Of a DNA stretch of 64,000 nucleotides, positions 50,936 through 60,755 are shown piece after piece. Within the stretch, counting starts at the first letter, position 1; the number at the start of each line of letters is the position of its first letter. Source of the stretch: an uncultured Chitinophagaceae bacterium (lineage in GTDB: Bacteria > Bacteroidota > Ignavibacteria > UBA10030 > UBA8401); contig CAZQSI010000001.1 of NCBI GenBank assembly GCA_964596155.1, positions 28,989 through 92,988 on the forward strand, read 5' to 3'. Position numbers and translations under genes: made by a program. Under the pieces are notes generated by a model. The model was not told the DNA's origin. It worked only from the letters and a program-made list of their open reading frames with translations, and ran no database searches.

Positions 50936-51622
50936 TCAGACGGAGAGTAACTGCTCAAAAAACCCGCCGAACGTGCGTTCTTTGGTGATGAAGTGAATTT
51001 CCAGAATCCAATCGCGCGGGTTTCCGTCAGCATCAGGATCGCTGAGTTTGATGTGATTGTTCGGGTGGAGATAATTATGTTCCTCTTCCCCCTGAATGAT
51101 TTCATGGGGAAAATTACCGATCAGATGTCCGCAGTGAATGTTGCCGAACTCCCAACCGTACCGTTCTGCAAGAGATGTGATGTACCGGTAGAACTCCGCG
51201 CCGGTCAGCGAGGGTGTTGCATCGTAATATTTTTTTCCGTCATACCAGGCGCTTTCGATGTCCGACGCTAGTTTCTTTTTTTGCTCATCGTTGCCGAGAA
51301 CATAGGTCCTGCCGAAATCCGCTTCCCACTCCTCAAACACCGGACCGAAATCGAAAAAGAGAATGTCATCCTGCCGGATGATAAGATCCGGGGGATTTTC
51401 CTTGTAGGGGAGAAGCGTGTTTTTTCCGGCGCGCACGATCCGTTTATGCCAGTATTTACGGATGCCGAACATCTCAAAGGCAAGTTCATATACTTCGTCG
51501 TTCAATACTTTTTCGGATTTGTCCGGCACGATCAGATCTCGTGTTTCAATTGCGCGGAACAATTGTTCGGCATTCTTTTGTGCGTTCAATAAATTCCGCT
51601 TTCGTTCGGTCAGTCCTGTCAT
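50936..51622 (-). CDS. Divergent minimal M24-family (pita-bread fold) metallopeptidase-like protein
   Basis: Start at MTGLTERKR (ATGA overlap with the upstream esterase stop). Metal-ligand pattern DDILFFDFG...EADFGRT...HCGHLIGNFPHE...LEIHF resembles M24 D/D/H/E/E spacing. Confidence 0.5.
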   Translation of the reverse strand: MTGLTERKRNLLNAQKNAEQLFRAIETRDLIVPDKSEKVLNDEVYELAFEMFGIRKYWHKRIVRAGKNTLLPYKENPPDLIIRQDDILFFDFGPVFEEWEADFGRTYVLGNDEQKKKLASDIESAWYDGKKYYDATPSLTGAEFYRYITSLAERYGWEFGNIHCGHLIGNFPHEIIQGEEEHNYLHPNNHIKLSDPDADGNPRDWILEIHFITKERTFGGFFEQLLSV

Positions 51623-52821
51623 CGATGGGTTCCAAAAAAATATGTGAGAATGTCCGGCATGCGTTCCCGCCAATTGGCCCACTCATGTCCGTCATTAAAT
51701 TCTTTATAGTAATGCGGAATACGGAGCGATACAAGAAGATCGCTGTATGATTTATTTAATTCCAGAAAATCAATCGGTCCGTACGTCGGATGAACATCGC
51801 GAATGTCATACCGGCCGCAGTCGAGATAAATTCTCATCAGCGGCGAGATGGCGTTGTTCTCCGCCTGCCGCTGCGTGACGGTGCGGAGGAGCGGTGTGAT
51901 GGTAGATGATTGACCGGCCGCCATCTGAAATACGTCCGGACGGTTGAACACAGTATAGAGAGAAATATGTCCGCCGTTGGAAATTCCCATCATCCCTCGA
52001 CGCAACGACGAGCGCTCCGTTTTGTACCGCTGGTCAATGTGCGGAACCAGCAGGTCCGCAAGAAACTTTACGAATTGATCAATCGATTCGCCCGCATATT
52101 CTTTCGACCGCTCCACGGGGGGAATGAAGACGGCAATAATAGGCGAAATTTGCTCCGCCGCAATCAGATTATCGATAATGACCGGCAATTCGGCGAAATT
52201 GATTGCATCGTCTCCATCATGGACATAAACCGTTGATAACCGGGAGAGTGTATCATATCCGGGAGGAAGGTACACTTTGATTGTTCGGGCCGCAGGAAGA
52301 AACTTGTTCAGCGGCGGAGGAATATGAATCGACGATGCGAATGAATCGATGCGGCCGCGGGGGACTTGCGGATTATATGTTCGATACGGCGATTCGGCGA
52401 ACAACGGCATCCGTATTTCGGAATGAGGACCATATCCGCTCGGAGTAATCCGGGGATTCTGAGGATCGGTCTTATAATTGCCGTCGATGATCAGCTGATA
52501 ATCGAGCCGGGCATCCGGAGGGGCGATCACCGTCGTGTAAAACAACGAATATTGTCCGCACGGCAGCTGTTCCATCCTCACGGGATCTTTCCACCGCTGG
52601 AGTGTGCCGATGAGAAACACCGAATCAGCTTTTCCGTACAGAACGACATGGGCAAGCGTATCCTGCTCGATAATCGGCGAAGTTTTTTGACTGTTCAAGT
52701 ATCGTTCCACAACCGCCTGCCTCCGTTCGACCGGCTGCTGCTCCAAAAGGCGGACGAATGTACGGAACGGCTGTGCAGAAAGTGTTGCGGAAAATAATAA
52801 CGCGCACACAATTAATTTCAT
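51619..52821 (-). CDS. Secreted esterase (esterase D / enterochelin-esterase-like alpha/beta hydrolase) with an N-terminal accessory domain
   Basis: 400 aa. Signal peptide. ...TVYVHDGDD...MGISNGGHISLY (GxSxG-like nucleophile elbow). Confidence 0.7.
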   Translation of the reverse strand: MKLIVCALLFSATLSAQPFRTFVRLLEQQPVERRQAVVERYLNSQKTSPIIEQDTLAHVVLYGKADSVFLIGTLQRWKDPVRMEQLPCGQYSLFYTTVIAPPDARLDYQLIIDGNYKTDPQNPRITPSGYGPHSEIRMPLFAESPYRTYNPQVPRGRIDSFASSIHIPPPLNKFLPAARTIKVYLPPGYDTLSRLSTVYVHDGDDAINFAELPVIIDNLIAAEQISPIIAVFIPPVERSKEYAGESIDQFVKFLADLLVPHIDQRYKTERSSLRRGMMGISNGGHISLYTVFNRPDVFQMAAGQSSTITPLLRTVTQRQAENNAISPLMRIYLDCGRYDIRDVHPTYGPIDFLELNKSYSDLLVSLRIPHYYKEFNDGHEWANWRERMPDILTYFFGTHR

Positions 52822-53709
52822 CTAAAATCCTTTTCCCGGAATATCGTTTCGGAAATATTCAATGGTTTTGCGATCCTGCATGGTCACGAAGACGGTTCGT
52901 CCGTCCGCTCCGCCGAAGACAAGATTGCTGCATTTTTTTCCCTTCAGTGCAATCTCCCGAAGCAGCGCGCCCTCCGGTGAAAGAACGGCGATTGTCCCCT
53001 TTCCGTACCGGGTAACGTACAGATTTCCTTCCGCGTCGCACTTCATTCCGTCCATACCAAAATCGTCAAACGAGTGAAAGAGTGTTTTGCGCGAGATGCT
53101 CCCCGAAGCGTGGAGCGAATATTTCCAGACCTTCCGCTGAATGCTTTCGTTCACGTAGAGAACGCTTTCGTCGGGACTCAAAGTGATGCCGTTGGTCGTT
53201 CCCATGGAATCCTCCAGCAGGTGAGACGATCCGTCCGGATCAATCCGCCATAACTTTCCGCTCCCTGTTTTCCAGTGCGGATCGGAGGCAAATAACTGTC
53301 CGCGGTCAGAAAGGCAGAGATCGTTCGGTTGATTGAATTTTCCGTTGTGTGAAAACACCGTTACAGTGCGGGCAGCGGTATCAGCGGCGAGAATATTATG
53401 CATGGTATAATCTGCAAGCAGCATTGTTCCGGTTTTAGTGAAGACGATGCTGTTGGCGACGCTTCCTTCGGGGAGAAGAAGGAAGAGCTCGGCGTCTCCC
53501 TTCGCGTTGACTCGCCCGATGGTGCCGTTGCGTCCGAAATTGACGGCGAATAAATTTCCGCGTCCGTCCACCGCTGGACCTTCGATGCTTCCGGTAAACA
53601 ATCCTTCGTCAACGAGATCCGTCGTTCCCGATTCGTCCCGGTCGGGTCGGTGTGCACATGAAAGCAGCAAAGCGGCAAGCAGGATCGATATCGCTGTTCG
53701 TATTGTCAT
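52822..53709 (-). CDS. SMP-30/gluconolactonase/LRE-like (SGL) beta-propeller lipoprotein
   Basis: Start at MTIRTAISILLAALLLSCA (lipobox). Six-bladed propeller-like repeats. Confidence 0.7.
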   Translation of the reverse strand: MTIRTAISILLAALLLSCAHRPDRDESGTTDLVDEGLFTGSIEGPAVDGRGNLFAVNFGRNGTIGRVNAKGDAELFLLLPEGSVANSIVFTKTGTMLLADYTMHNILAADTAARTVTVFSHNGKFNQPNDLCLSDRGQLFASDPHWKTGSGKLWRIDPDGSSHLLEDSMGTTNGITLSPDESVLYVNESIQRKVWKYSLHASGSISRKTLFHSFDDFGMDGMKCDAEGNLYVTRYGKGTIAVLSPEGALLREIALKGKKCSNLVFGGADGRTVFVTMQDRKTIEYFRNDIPGKGF

Positions 53710-54242
53710 TGATGCACCAGCGAAAGTGCAACTGCAGTGGTCCACGAGAGAACTTTAAATTCGCCGCGAAGGAGCGATTGCTGCAGCTCATTCCGATCCA
53801 GAAACAAAATTTCCTGTTCTTCCAGATCATCCGCAATTATTTCTCCCACCTTCCTCGCGCGTCTGGCAAGAAAGAGATTGGCAACACCGTTGCCATGATT
53901 TCCGTCGCACGGAAAACGTCCCAACGGAATCCATTCCTCCGCTTCGTATCCGAGTTCTTCGCGCAGTTCCCGTTTGGCGCAAGTCAACGGATCCTCGCCC
54001 GGTTCAAGATATCCTCCGACGGGAGCCAGAGAAACTCCGTCTGCCGCATACTTTGTCTGCCGGAAACAAACATAATTTCCGCCGGTATCCTGCACCACGA
54101 CATTGACATATTCCGGAGAGATAATCCAACACCAATGATCCACGATGGTGCCGTCCGGCAGCCGGATGGTATGATCCTCCACCTTGAGCCATTTGCTGTG
54201 GTCGAGAATGGTTGTACGGGAAAGCGTTTTCCAAGGGGTCAT
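53706..54242 (-). CDS. NUDIX hydrolase
   Basis: Start at MTPWKTL (ATGA overlap with the upstream SdpI-like gene). Nudix box GGYLEPGEDPLTCAKRELREELG. Confidence 0.8.
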   Translation of the reverse strand: MTPWKTLSRTTILDHSKWLKVEDHTIRLPDGTIVDHWCWIISPEYVNVVVQDTGGNYVCFRQTKYAADGVSLAPVGGYLEPGEDPLTCAKRELREELGYEAEEWIPLGRFPCDGNHGNGVANLFLARRARKVGEIIADDLEEQEILFLDRNELQQSLLRGEFKVLSWTTAVALSLVHQ

Positions 54243-54586
54243 CGTTTTTTCACCGAACGGAGATATCTGAAAGAAAGAATGATCAGCACAATTGTTCCGA
54301 TAAGAGTAAAGCCGGTCAGGATCATCGTATACATCGCCGGAGTGATATCCATCTGCAGCAACAGCGGGACTGCCGCAAGAATATGAATGCCGAAATTTCT
54401 GAGCAGACGTGCAGAATATTCGTTCACATCGTACCACAGTTTCTTGTCTGCAAGAGTTTCGGCAACCCGGAATCCGTAAAACGAATTCGGCGGAATTTTT
54501 CGATGTATCAGCGGTATTGCCATCCCGATAAACAGGAATCCTGTGACGATAAATGCGACGGTGGTGACGAGATATTCGTTTTCCAT
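54239..54586 (-). CDS. SdpI/YhfL-family small membrane protein
   Basis: 115 aa. Three TM segments. PNSFYGFRVAETL motif. Confidence 0.45.
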   Translation of the reverse strand: MENEYLVTTVAFIVTGFLFIGMAIPLIHRKIPPNSFYGFRVAETLADKKLWYDVNEYSARLLRNFGIHILAAVPLLLQMDITPAMYTMILTGFTLIGTIVLIILSFRYLRSVKKR

Positions 54587-54654
54587 TGCCTTCTCATGAA
54601 CATTGAATGGTGAAATACTCCTCCGCGGACCTTCAGAATAACGGAGGGAATGTC

Positions 54655-55167
54655 TTACACGGTAACGGCATACATCAACAAATCGCCGACAGCGCCATCC
54701 TTGACGAAACCTTTTTTGAATCGCCCTTCGAACAGATAATTATTTTTTTCCAGCACACGCGCCGATGCAGGATTCCAATCAAAGACATCGGCATATATGC
54801 GCAGGCAATCGAATGATGAAAAACCGTATTTCGTTATCACTCCGACCGCCTCTGTCATGATCCCGCGCCCCCAATAATCTTCGCCAAGCCAATATCCGAT
54901 TTCCATTGTTTTTTTATAGATATCATCCTTCGGTGTCAATCCGATGTTGCCTACGGCACGACCTTGAACTTCAACGGCAAAAACAAGACCGTGAAGTTGG
55001 GAGGTAGCGTACTGAATCCATCGAACCGCATCACGATGTGTATAGGGAAACGGAAAATGATCCCTGACATTGATCCACACCTTGCGGTTATTGGCATGAT
55101 GTTCGAGAGATGTCTCGTCGCCCGTTCTCCAGGGACGAAGCAGCGCATTCTGCAATTGAAATTCCAT
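54655..55167 (-). CDS. GNAT-family N-acetyltransferase (RimJ/RimL-like)
   Basis: 170 aa. ...IGYWLGEDYWGRGIMTEAV... acetyl-CoA-binding motif. Confidence 0.8.
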   Translation of the reverse strand: MEFQLQNALLRPWRTGDETSLEHHANNRKVWINVRDHFPFPYTHRDAVRWIQYATSQLHGLVFAVEVQGRAVGNIGLTPKDDIYKKTMEIGYWLGEDYWGRGIMTEAVGVITKYGFSSFDCLRIYADVFDWNPASARVLEKNNYLFEGRFKKGFVKDGAVGDLLMYAVTV

Positions 55168-55172
55168 GAACG

Positions 55173-55606
55173 TTACACAGCCACCTTCATGACTGCTTTT
55201 TTGGATGTCGAGGCCGGCGGCTGCGGTGCGTGGGCATCTTCCGGAAAAAGCACGGCAAACATATCCGACACAAGATGAATGGTAAACAGCGGCGGATCGC
55301 TGAAAAACTTCACATCTTTTTCATTGTCGTATTCAACGGCGATGTTTCTGCACGAATCGACATCATGCCATTCCAGCGGAAACGATCCGTCCACGGCCAG
55401 TTGAATATCAATATACTTTCTGTGAGATTCGAGCATCCTTCGTTCCGATCCGCTGTGATCGGATGCAATAATCAGATAGAGATCATCCCCCTCGATGTCG
55501 TGGCGCCCTTCTTTGAGCGACCTGAGGTCGGTTTTTTTTAAGTAATCAAAAGCATGTTTGAAACTTGGATGAACGGCAAGATACTTATCGGAGCGGGAAA
55601 GATGGT
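55173..55606 (-). CDS. YhcH/YjgK/YiaL (DUF386) family protein. Start at MILDHL after AAGGAA.
   Basis: MILDHLSRSDKYLAVHPSFKHAFDYLKK...GRHDIEGDDLYLIIASDHSG... The frame stays open a further 105 codons upstream, as far as 55928. Confidence 0.6.
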
Positions 55607-55851
55607 CTAGAATCATATCAGGATTCCTTTCTTTGATGCAGAAGAGGTATGAATGAAGCAGATGCGCTTCTCTAAAGTAGAAGTTTATCGCAAAAACTAC
55701 AAGTATCAGCGGCAGGAAAAATCCGAAAGCGAAAATTTTGTCTGTTATGAACGGATGATACGCCTGAAAAGAAATTTTTCTTCGGACAAAACGCGGAGCT
55801 TTCCGGCTGAAAGAGAAGCAACAGGATAGAATACACCGGGAAATACCGGAT

Positions 55852-56481
55852 TTATTTTTGAAGGAGCTTGAAGGCGATGTTCGGTCCGATGCCCTGCTGA
55901 TAAGCAAGCGTGATCCAAAGTTTTGCAAGCGATTCGAGCATTTCGGCGCTTTTCAGATCTCCCACATCCACGGAATCCAATCCGATCTCTTTTGCCAGCG
56001 ATGTCACGACCGATTTTGACGGTTTATGATCACCGCAGATGAATGCGTCGGCGTGAACGGTGCCAAACGTAACATCCGCCAGCAGAGAAGCGCCAAGCGA
56101 ATTAAATGCCTTCACCACATGGAATCCCGGCAGGCGCTGTGCGATTTCTTCCGCTGCGGAAATCCCCTGCGCCAGCGGCCAATCCGGATTCGGATGGATC
56201 GGGTTGGTACAGTCGATCAGAATTTTTCCGGTCACATCGGCGATCTGGAACACCACTTCTCCGACCGCTTCCCACGGGGTTGCCAGCACCACCACCTCGG
56301 ATGCGACCGCCGCTTGTTTCACCAGCACCGCCCGGGCGCCGTGAGCTGTTTCTTCGACGATCGATTGTATTTTCGGCGAGAGGGGATTCCGAACGCCGTA
56401 AAGAACGGAGTGACCTTTTGAAGCCCAAATTTTTCCAAGACCGCCGCCGATATTTCCTGCTCCGATGATTCCGATGTTCAT
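55852..56481 (-). CDS. NADP-oxidoreductase, F420-dependent-NADP-reductase-like / ProC-like Rossmann protein
   Basis: 209 aa. MNIGIIGAGNIGGGLGKIWASKGHSV. Confidence 0.7.
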   Translation of the reverse strand: MNIGIIGAGNIGGGLGKIWASKGHSVLYGVRNPLSPKIQSIVEETAHGARAVLVKQAAVASEVVVLATPWEAVGEVVFQIADVTGKILIDCTNPIHPNPDWPLAQGISAAEEIAQRLPGFHVVKAFNSLGASLLADVTFGTVHADAFICGDHKPSKSVVTSLAKEIGLDSVDVGDLKSAEMLESLAKLWITLAYQQGIGPNIAFKLLQK

Positions 56482-56617
56482 TCCGTTTCCTTTGCTGACC
56501 GTTTCAATGATGATACAATATAATGAAAATTCACAAAGTATTTTTTGTAATGCTTCTCTCGGAATATTTCTTTACAATAGTTTATTCAATGTAAAGGAAA
56601 TGGTGAACGTATATTTC

Positions 56618-57844
56618 ATGAAGCAGCGACTGATAGTAAGTGCAATAATGTTCTTCGTGTTTGGATCAAAACCGCTCACCGGTCAATCAATACTCTTCAA
56701 CGATCCATGCGGATTTCCCGATACAACGTCCGAAGCGTATAAAACCGCCGCATCCGGCAACTGGGGTTATGGTTACGATACACTGCTGTACGATCTTGCC
56801 CGATGGAAACAAAGTCCTTTTGCCGCTGTTGACTCCGTCGGTGCATCCGTGCAGGGACGGACACTCTTTGTGCTGACCATTCAGGATTCCACTGCCGACT
56901 CCTCCAATATCCGCCAGCGGATCTGGGTGCATGCTCGGACGCATCCGGGAGAAGTGCAGGGGACGTGGGTAACGAATGAAATGATTATGATGCTGCTCGA
57001 CACAACCGTTCTGGCGCGGCGGCTCAGAGAGCGGTACGTCTTCTATATCATGCCGATGTACAATCCGGACGGTGTTGAGCTGGGCTATGCACGGCAAAAT
57101 GCCAACGGCGTTGATATCGAAAGCAATTGGAACTCCTCGTCGCCGCAAAAGGAAGTGCTGGTGCTGAAGTCGCAGTTCCAGAAACATATGTCCGCGCCAA
57201 ATCCGATGAGAATGATGCTGAATATGCATTCCGCGTATGCCTGCACGCGGTACTTTGTCTATCACGCCGAAGGAGGCACTTCATATCTCTTTTCGCGGCT
57301 GGAGCAGCGGTTCATCAACTACGTGCGGAATTATTTTCCGGGAGGCATCAGACCGTATAATTACTACGTCAGCTGGGTGAACGCGCCGGCAACACAATAT
57401 CCCGAAAGCTGGTGCTGGAGCAATCACAAGGAAAAAATTATGGCGCTGACCTATGAAGATGCCAACTGTTCCTCGGCGTCGGCGTTTGACAGCACCGCCC
57501 GCGCGATTCTGCAGGGAATTGATTCGTATCTTCAGGACACATCGGCGGTAACTTCCGTTGCCGTGCGGAACAGGGGAGCGGAAAAATATTTCCTCTCGCA
57601 GAATTTTCCGAATCCGTTCAATCCTTCGACGACGATCGAATATCGCGTGGAGCGCGCAGGCGATCTTTCATTGACAGTGTATGACATGCTTGGAAGAATC
57701 GTCGCAGTGCCGGTGAATCAATTTCACGCGCTGGGTCACTATTCCGTCCGCTTTGATGCCTCGGGATTGGCGAGCGGAATCTACCTCTATCGTTTGCACT
57801 CCGGAGAACAACACGAAGTACGGACAATGCATTTTATTCAATAG
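56618..57844 (+). CDS. M14 zinc carboxypeptidase with a C-terminal T9SS sorting domain. Start at MKQRLIVSAIMFFVFG.
   Basis: Zn ligands HARTHPGE...H. C-terminal KYFLSQNFPNPFNPSTTIEYRV...YLYRLHSGEQHEVRTMHFIQ. Confidence 0.8.
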   Translation: MKQRLIVSAIMFFVFGSKPLTGQSILFNDPCGFPDTTSEAYKTAASGNWGYGYDTLLYDLARWKQSPFAAVDSVGASVQGRTLFVLTIQDSTADSSNIRQRIWVHARTHPGEVQGTWVTNEMIMMLLDTTVLARRLRERYVFYIMPMYNPDGVELGYARQNANGVDIESNWNSSSPQKEVLVLKSQFQKHMSAPNPMRMMLNMHSAYACTRYFVYHAEGGTSYLFSRLEQRFINYVRNYFPGGIRPYNYYVSWVNAPATQYPESWCWSNHKEKIMALTYEDANCSSASAFDSTARAILQGIDSYLQDTSAVTSVAVRNRGAEKYFLSQNFPNPFNPSTTIEYRVERAGDLSLTVYDMLGRIVAVPVNQFHALGHYSVRFDASGLASGIYLYRLHSGEQHEVRTMHFIQ

Positions 57845-57851
57845 GAGCACT

Positions 57852-58283
57852 ATGCCGGATCAGCGGGTCTCGTGGGACGAATATTTTATGAACATTGCGG
57901 AGCAGGTTGCGACACGAAGCACCTGCAGCAGAAAACATGTCGGCGCCGTAATCGTGCGCGACAAAACAATCCTTTCAACAGGATACAACGGAAGTTTGCG
58001 CGGCGCTCCGCATTGCGACGAGGTAGGACACGACATTGAAAACGATCATTGCGTTCGGACTGTCCATGCCGAAGCCAACGCCGTCTCGCAGGCGGCAAAA
58101 AACGGCGTACGCATCGACGAGTCGGAGATTTATGTTACCGCATCCCCCTGTTTGACCTGTTTCAAACTGGTCGCCAATTCGGGCATTCGGACGGTCTATT
58201 TCAAAGAATTTTACCGCGATGAAAAAATTACCGCCTATGCCGAACAGACTGGAGTTCGTTTGGTATTTATGGGTAAAACGTAG
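57852..58283 (+). CDS. dCMP deaminase (ComEB-type cytidine/deoxycytidylate deaminase)
   Basis: Start ATG 57852 after AGGAG. HAEANA...SPCLTCFK zinc motifs. Confidence 0.85.
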   Translation: MPDQRVSWDEYFMNIAEQVATRSTCSRKHVGAVIVRDKTILSTGYNGSLRGAPHCDEVGHDIENDHCVRTVHAEANAVSQAAKNGVRIDESEIYVTASPCLTCFKLVANSGIRTVYFKEFYRDEKITAYAEQTGVRLVFMGKT

Positions 58284-58430
58284 TTCTCACAGCACGTTAT
58301 TCTTCGTACTGCTCACGCCCCCCTCGATTCAAAGGGAGCGTTTTTATTTTTTACCACTTCCGCTCTATCATCTCTTAATAATTTCATAATATTGCATTAA
58401 TGTGCAGATAATTCGAAATCGACAATTTGT

Positions 58431-58450
58431 TCACGATTGTTTGACGATTG
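58431..58450 (+). promoter_or_regulatory. Direct repeat TCACGATTG / TGACGATTG (11-bp periodicity), about 80 bp upstream of the porin-pst operon. Pho-box-like candidate.
   Basis: Read directly: ...TTGTTCACGATTGTTTGACGATTGATCC... Confidence 0.3.
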
Positions 58451-58528
58451 ATCCGGTCTGAATTTCCGGATGATCGAATGAAATAGAGCGAAGATACCAC
58501 CACACATCATCATTCAAGGAGAAGTGCT

Positions 58529-59617
58529 ATGAAAAAAATTTCGATGTTTGCATTCGTTGTTCTCTGCCTCGGTGCCGTTTTGCACGGACAGGATAAAGCA
58601 CCGATAAAAATCAGCGGTTATATGTTCGGCGATCTAGTGTACAATGTATCGCGGGATACATCTCTTTCATCCCTTTCCAATGTCGCAACCGGAGGAGCAC
58701 GGGATTACAGCGCATTACAATTCCGCCGAATTTATCTGACATTCGATCAGGAAATCAGCAGCACCTTCTCGACCCGGTTCAGACTGGAAGGAACGACCGG
58801 TGCTCCGTTTATCAAAGACGCCTACATCAAATGGAAAGGATTCGCCGGCGGAACGGATTTGATGCTCGGAATACAACCGACTCCCGCATTCGAAGTATCG
58901 GAATCGTATTGGGGATTCCGTTCGGTTGAAAAAACAATACTTGATCTCCGCGGCATCGTATCATCCAGAGATTTCGGCATAAGCGCAGCTGGAAAAGCGG
59001 ATAACAGCGGCATGGTGAAATACAAAGTGATGATCGGCAATAACAGCGGCACGGGAGCGGAAACGGACAAATATAAAAGATTCTATGCGCATGTTGATCT
59101 GACACCGGCGGACAAATTTCGCTTAACACTCTATTCCGATTATAAGGCACAGCCGAACATCAATGATCCCCGCAGCACGACGGCTCCAAAAAGCACCCTC
59201 GGCAACAATGTCCTTTCAAACGCCCTATTCCTCGGATATGCCGAAAAGAATTCTTACAGCGTCGGGGCGGAGCTCTTCTATCAAATAACCGCAAACGGTT
59301 ATATTCGCGCTGCCGCTCCTATTACTGTTGAAGATCGAAATGCAATGGGTGTTTCACTCTTCGGCACATATACAATTTCCCCTGAATTAAGCTTGATCGG
59401 CCGGTATGATTATTTTGATCCGAACATTGCGTCGTCGTCAACGAATGATGCCAGAAACTATATCATTGCAGGCGCCAGCTGGAATGCGGAGAAGAACGTC
59501 TCGATCATTCCGAATATTCAGGTCGAAACGTATGAAAATGCAGCAATTGCCGGGGGCAGCAGAGCTGTCGATGCATCCGTGACCGGACGGGTGACATTCT
59601 ATTATGCATTCAACTGA
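58529..59617 (+). CDS. Outer-membrane porin (probable phosphate-selective porin O/P-like) heading the pst operon
   Basis: 362 aa. Signal peptide. Beta-strand periodicity. C-terminal ...RVTFYYAFN. Located immediately upstream of pstS. Confidence 0.5.
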   Translation: MKKISMFAFVVLCLGAVLHGQDKAPIKISGYMFGDLVYNVSRDTSLSSLSNVATGGARDYSALQFRRIYLTFDQEISSTFSTRFRLEGTTGAPFIKDAYIKWKGFAGGTDLMLGIQPTPAFEVSESYWGFRSVEKTILDLRGIVSSRDFGISAAGKADNSGMVKYKVMIGNNSGTGAETDKYKRFYAHVDLTPADKFRLTLYSDYKAQPNINDPRSTTAPKSTLGNNVLSNALFLGYAEKNSYSVGAELFYQITANGYIRAAAPITVEDRNAMGVSLFGTYTISPELSLIGRYDYFDPNIASSSTNDARNYIIAGASWNAEKNVSIIPNIQVETYENAAIAGGSRAVDASVTGRVTFYYAFN

Positions 59618-59699
59618 TTTACGTAACAATTCCTTAACATGAACTTAATGTTCAAATAACGCGAAAATTCTACTTTTAGAGAACATCAAAGGAGAAAAC

Positions 59700-60740
59700 A
59701 TGAAAACAATACTCTCACTTGCAATGGCGCTCATGATAACGGCGGGTCCGGCTGCGGCACAAATGCAGCTGAACGGTGCGGGAGCGACATTTCCCTATGT
59801 AATTTATTCGAAATGGTTTGATGAATATCAGAAAAAGACCGGAATACAATTTAATTATCAGTCGATCGGCAGCGGCGGCGGAATCAAGCAGGTAATCGAA
59901 GGCACGGTCGATTTCGGCGCGACAGACGGTCCGATGAACGACAGTCAGCTTGCCGAAGCGAAATCCAAACAGGGGACTGATGTGTTGCACATTCCTACCG
60001 TGATGGGAGCCGTTGTGGCGACATACAATGTCACGGGAATCGGAGCGGGATTAAAACTGACTTCGGATATTTTAGCTGACATCTTTCTCGGCACAGTCAC
60101 CAAATGGAACGATCCGCGCATTACGGCGGTGAATCCCGGTGTTACGCTGCCGGACAAACCGATCGTTGTTGTCCACCGTTCCGACGGAAGCGGGACGACC
60201 TACATCTTTGTTGATTATCTTTCAAAAGTAAGCGAGAAATGGAAAAACAGTGTCGGCGTCGGAACATCGGTAAAGTGGCCGGTCGGACTCGGCGGGAAGG
60301 GAAATGAAGGCGTTGCGGGACAAGTGAAGCAAATCGACGGATCAATTGGATATGTGGAACTGGCGTATGCGGTGAAAAATAATTTATGGTATGCGTCACT
60401 GAAAAACAAAGCAGGAAAGTTTATTGCGCCGACACTTGAATCGGTTACGGCCGCCGCGATGAACGAAGCGAAAGTGATGCCGTCGGATCTCCGCGTTTCG
60501 ATCACCAATGCCGACGGGAAGGATTCATATCCGATCAGCGGATTTACCTGGTTGTTGATCTATCAGAATCAAAAAGATTTGCAGAAGGCAAAGGCGATCG
60601 TTAACTTTTTGAAGTGGGCGATGGATGAGGGCGAATCGTTTGCACCCTCATTGTACTACGCGCCGCTGCCGAAGGAGGTTGTGAAATTGAACATGAAAAA
60701 AATCGCATCCATTCGATACAATGGAAAACCTGTTAAATAG
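59700..60740 (+). CDS. pstS: Phosphate ABC transporter substrate-binding protein
   Basis: 346 aa. GAGATFPYVIYSKWFDEY...GSGGGIKQV. Confidence 0.9.
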   Translation: MKTILSLAMALMITAGPAAAQMQLNGAGATFPYVIYSKWFDEYQKKTGIQFNYQSIGSGGGIKQVIEGTVDFGATDGPMNDSQLAEAKSKQGTDVLHIPTVMGAVVATYNVTGIGAGLKLTSDILADIFLGTVTKWNDPRITAVNPGVTLPDKPIVVVHRSDGSGTTYIFVDYLSKVSEKWKNSVGVGTSVKWPVGLGGKGNEGVAGQVKQIDGSIGYVELAYAVKNNLWYASLKNKAGKFIAPTLESVTAAAMNEAKVMPSDLRVSITNADGKDSYPISGFTWLLIYQNQKDLQKAKAIVNFLKWAMDEGESFAPSLYYAPLPKEVVKLNMKKIASIRYNGKPVK

Positions 60741-60755
60741 CGAATTGCTGTCCGA

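Noticed and set aside
58290-58330. Hairpin before the T-run after dCMP deaminase
   Set aside because: Only a 3-4-bp stem could be drawn (CTC...GAG). It is kept as a weak terminator note within the pst-upstream finding, not as a feature.
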